From Macrostomum lignano (Eukaryota), in assembly GCA_002269645.1 (NCBI GenBank), contig NIVC01000423.1:1-64000 (forward strand): a stretch of 64,000 nucleotides of DNA, read 5' to 3'. A program made the translations under genes and the position numbers. How positions within the stretch are numbered: the stretch's first letter is position 1; each line of letters begins with the position of its first letter. The notes below the pieces were generated by a model. That model searched no databases and was not told where the DNA came from. It saw nothing but the letters and a program-made list of their open reading frames with translations. Below, piece after piece: positions 60,201 through 64,000 of this stretch.

Positions 60201-61892
60201 CATATACTGTACGAAGGCATTTGCTCACACAGGGTGTACAACAGCACCGACATTATCATTCGAGGGAGAGGGGCAGAGGAGAGAGGGGTAGAGGAGAGAG
60301 GGGCAGAGGAGAGAGGGGCAGAGGAGAGAGGGGCAGAGGAGAGAGGGGCAGAGGAGAGAGGCGTAGAGGAGAGAGGGGCAGAGGAGAGAGGGGCAGAGGA
60401 GAGAGGCGTAGAGGAGAGAGGGGCAGAGGAGAGAGGGGCAGAGGAGAGAGGGATAGAAGAGAGAGGGGTAGAGGAGAGGGGGCAGAGAGGGAGAGGGGCA
60501 GAGAGGGAGAGGGGCAGAGGAGAGAGGGGCAGAGGGGAGAGGGGCAGAGGGGAGAGGGGCAGAGGAGAGAGGGGCAGAGGAGAGAGGGGCAGAGGAGAGA
60601 GGGGCAGAGGAGAGAGGGGCAGAGGGGAGAGGGGCAGAGGAGAGAGGGGCAGAGGAGAGAGGGGCAGAGGAGAGAGGGGCAGAGGAGAGAGGGGTAGAGG
60701 AGAGAGGGGTAGAGGAGAGAGGGGTAGAGGAGAGAGGGGTAGAGGAGAGAGGGGTAGAGGAGAGAGGGGCAGAAAAGAAGGTGAGATACGCAGAAAGCAG
60801 CAGTCGTAAAATTTGAATCCGAAGCACTGTGTGTCGGTTATTTTGGTACAAAACTCATTAAAAATCATTAATTAAATAGCACAACAAGCGCCAATTGCAG
60901 CAAGCAGGAAGCAAAATTTGAGCAGAAGAGCAAAGAAAACTCAGAAGCGGAACTTCATGCAAAATGCCAATACAAACTACAATGCCCAAGAAAAGTTTTT
61001 AGGGTGTTAAAAATGGCATTATCATAACAAAGCAGAGCAAAAAATCTGATAAATCTTTGAGAAAAGCTAAAATTGGGACACTTGATAAACTTAATTATTT
61101 CTATGACATAGAACTGACACAGAAAGGTAAAGAACTGACACAGACAATAATATAACTGACACAGACAGGAGTAGAACTGACACAGACAGGAGTAGAACCG
61201 ACACAGACAGGAATAGAACCGACACAGACAGGAGTAGAACTGACACAGACAGGAATAGAACTGACACAGACAGGAATACAGCTGACACAGACAGGAATAG
61301 AACCGACACAGACAGGAATACAGCTGACACAGACAGGTATAGAACTGACACAGACAGGAATACAACTGACACAGACAGGTATAGAACTGACACAGACAGG
61401 CATACAGCTGACACAGCCGGTTAAAATACAGCAGCACCATACCTTGCAGACGGCCAACAAACTCTCGCTTTCCTTCAATTGCTGCAATAATAGCCAATTA
61501 AAGTACATGTATAACAAAATTTATCATTTTTCTCAGAAACTGCACATCTTTATTTTGCCAAGACAAAAAAGGAACGTAAATCATAAACAAACAAACAAAC
61601 AAAAATTAAAAGTGCAAGGAACGTACTTTCCAGTCTATTGAAGTCTGAAATAGAGGTAAACAGATAGGTTGGGGGTACACAGGTGCAAGGTAAGCTATAA
61701 GTGCATTATTATCATATCTATGCTCTACAGTGATTGCTAATGTCATATATAACATTTTGTTCCCGATGTTTATAGCAAACATTCATTTAGTGTGTGACCC
61801 GGTATCCAATTATTACATAACACTTTTGTACTAATAAATACTCAAATTTAAATCGAATTGACTCACCCTTAACCCACACTGGTTCCTTGTTT
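54296..61892 (-). CDS. EML: Echinoderm microtubule-associated protein-like (EML/EMAP), HELP + WD40 region; 5' exons lie beyond the window
   Basis: Exons 61892-61867, 60135-59783, 58758-58426, 57591-57298, 56785-56401, 55309-55101, 54625-54296. Motifs: KEPVWVK/EEGILRIYLRGR, LKLEWVYGYRGRDCRSNL, GHNDDVKCLAVHP, GHSSFITHLDWS, GVWPEGADGTDINA, GHSSHVTNVRF. Confidence 0.93.
54740..55050. repeat. 15-bp CT-rich repeat, last EML intron
   Basis: Unit CTCTCCCTCTCCGCC. Confidence 0.93.
55330..56400. repeat. 20-bp repeat (55330-55480) plus 11-bp repeat (55500-56400) in one EML intron
   Basis: Units TGCCAGTCTGAGTAGCCTGT and CCCCAGTCTCA. Confidence 0.96.
56880..57250. repeat. Degenerate AT-rich repeat, EML intron
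   Basis: Recurring AAAGTACACTACAAAATGTAC. Confidence 0.8.
57690..58355. repeat. 13-bp minisatellite, EML intron
   Basis: Unit GGGGATCTGGGAT. Confidence 0.95.
58795..59755. repeat. 32-bp minisatellite (~30 copies), EML intron
   Basis: Unit GATAGAGATGAGGTCATGACC(C/T)TAGTGTACGG. Confidence 0.97.
60265..60775. repeat. 15-bp AG-rich minisatellite, EML intron
   Basis: Unit GAGGAGAGAGGGGCA. Confidence 0.96.
61105..61415. repeat. 21-bp minisatellite, EML intron
   Basis: Unit GAACTGACACAGACAGGAATA. Confidence 0.93.
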
Positions 61893-61973
61893 CTGAAATG
61901 GAAAGGTTAAAGAAATGCTTATCATTTCTTTGCCGTAAAGACGGTCTCTTACTGCGAAGACTCAATTTATTGC

Positions 61974-64000
61974 ATGAGCAGAGAGCCGCGCTTAACTGCT
62001 GCGGCGGCCAAATGCGGCAGGACCAAGCGAGGGCAGCGGAGCGCCCGTCGGCGTGTTGAGCGCCGGCGTGAGCGGAACCGACGAGGCCGGCTGCGTGGCG
62101 CCGCCCGTCGAGCTGCCGCGCGGGTCCATTCAGATCCTCCGGGTGGCGCCGGGGACCGTGAGGCTCAACTGCATCGAGCCCCAGCCGTACCACAGGGCAT
62201 GCTTCGGGTCGGGACGCTGAACTGCCGCACTCTCAAGGCTGCTTGGCGTAGAGGGGTGCTAGCGAAGCTGGCGTACGACCTGAGCTGCGACATCATCTCG
62301 CTGCAGGAGGTGTCTATCAAGGCCGACCCGGGACTTCATTGTGAGGACTTGGGCGCCGGGTGGACCCTCTACTATACTTCTGCGGACCAGCGAGGCCGTG
62401 GAGGAGTTGGAGCGCTGATCGGGCCGAGGCTGCAGCAGAGCTGTCGCTGCGTCTCCCTGTCCCCCGGTTGCTTCGGATCGACGTCCGGCTACGCGGTCGG
62501 AATGCTCGCCTGTTCTGCGCGTACGCGCCCCCTGCCACACGCCCTGACGAGGCTCAAGAGTTTTTCGAGCAGCTCTCAGTGCAGGTAGAGGCGACGGCGC
62601 AGCGTGACACAGCGGTCGCCCTCGGAGACCTGAACGCAGTCCTGCGTAGGTCCGAGAGGTCGCTGTTCGTGACGCCACGCGGGAACAACAACACCGAGGC
62701 ACTGGAGGACTTCCTGGAGAGGCAGGACATGGTGTCGGCCAACACCCGCTTCCGCAAGCCACTGAGCGGTCTCGCAACCTTCGTGGGCTGCAAGCGGAGG
62801 CGACGGAACGCGCGTGGCAGGAACGCAACCCGGAGACAAGCACAGCTCGACCACGTGCTCGTGCGTTTCCGTGAGCGTCGTCGCGCCGTCAACTGCCGCA
62901 CCATCACGCCGCTGGCTCTGCGGTCCGATCACCGGCTCCTCATCTGCGACCTCAACCTTCGCGATCCGCTCTACCGTCCGCCGAAGCGGCCACCGCGGCG
63001 CTACTACGCGCGCTCAGAGCCACCGATACGCAGCGTCGCTTTGCTAGCGCCTTTAACACCGCGCTGGGCGACAAGCGTGGAAGTGCCGAGTATGCGGAAG
63101 TGTGCGCTGCAGTCAGAACCGCCGCGGAGCAAGCAGTCCCGATGATGCAGCCGGCTCAACGTGGGCAGCCGGTCTGGCAGGACGACCCGCGATTCAGGCA
63201 GCGAGGGAAGATCTGGAGAAGCTCCGCTTGAGCAGGCGACCAACCCGCGAGGCAGAGGCAGCTCTGGCAGCTGTCTACCTGCAGCGCCAACAAGCGGCTG
63301 TCGATGACGCCATTCAGGCTGTCTCTGCCGCTGGGCCCGATGCCAGAGGGCGCGTGGCCTGGTCCGCCATCAACGCTCTGACGGGACGAAAGCGGCGCAA
63401 TCCGCTGAACCTGGCTGGTGACACGCCGGACGAGCGTAGGAACGAGCTGCGCGAGTTCTTCGCCGCCATCGTCAACGCGCCGCCACCCCCGCTGCCAGAC
63501 AGTCTGACGCTGCCGCCGGAGACGCCGCTGCCGGCAGAGGAGAGTTTCAGCGTAGCCCCAGTCAACGCAGCCGACGTTGTCAAGCTCGCCCAGCAGTCAC
63601 CGGGCGGGAAAGCGCTGGGTCCGGACGAGGTGCCCATCGAGGCGCTGCGCATCCCCTGTGTGGCCGCTGAGGTCGCCAGAGTGATGAACCGCGTGCTCTT
63701 CGGTGAGGCGGCGCCCAACGAATGGACCACGGCGCACATCGTCGCTGTTCCAAAGAAGCCGGGCACCACTAGGCTTGAAGACCATCGAGGCATCTGCCTT
63801 CAGTCCTGTGCAGCGAAGCTGTTCAACCGGATGCTGCTTTCGCGGTTGCAGCCCGTGCTGGATCCGTACCTGCGCCCAGAGCAGAACGGGTTCCGGCCCC
63901 ATCGCGGCACAGTGGCGCAGATCCTGGCTCTTCGCCGAGTCATCGAGGAGGCGCGGATTCGTCAGTCGATCCTGATTTTAATCTTTATTGATTTCAAGAA
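61974..64000 (+). mobile_element. Non-LTR retrotransposon (RTE-like), APE endonuclease + reverse transcriptase; frameshifted, runs off the window; antisense within an EML intron
   Basis: APE: LRVGTLNCRTL, DIISLQEV, GRGGVGALI, CAYAP, LGDLNA, LDHVLV, SDHRLL. RT: GPDEVPIEAL, IVAVPKK, RGICLQSCAAKLFNRMLLSRL, EQNGFRPHRGT, IFIDFKK. Confidence 0.93.

Noticed and set aside
35285-61517. Long repetitive ORFs (e.g. 35085 extension, 40332 extension, 52420-53775, 57651, 59759 N-terminus, 60221-60851, 60955)
   Set aside because: They are translations of minisatellites; true exons end at canonical donors before the arrays.

Overview
Eukaryotic, intron-rich animal DNA. The composition points to a Macrostomum-like free-living flatworm (inference): GC-rich exons encoding polyQ/A/G tracts, a different minisatellite in most introns, an RTE-type LINE, and scattered single-base indels. 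Genes from left to right: two tandem MATE/SLC47 transporters (+); two divergent paralogous 7-exon single-pass receptors of ~520 aa with signal peptide, shared ectodomain motifs, one TM helix and a TIR/SEFIR-like cytoplasmic tail (+); MED28 (-); MRPS25 (-); a 13-exon VIRMA/virilizer (+, 26.8-48.1 kb); an intronless PAR-family bZIP factor (+); and the 3' part of an EML/EMAP gene (-), which carries an antisense APE-RT LINE in an intron. Accessory DNA includes a head-to-tail array of ~85-bp Helitron-like units, a decayed Crypton/DUF3504-type tyrosine recombinase, several MITEs and more than 25 minisatellites. Some of the minisatellites are built from splice signals or transcription-factor motifs. 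All protein family calls come from motifs recognised by eye; no database search was run.
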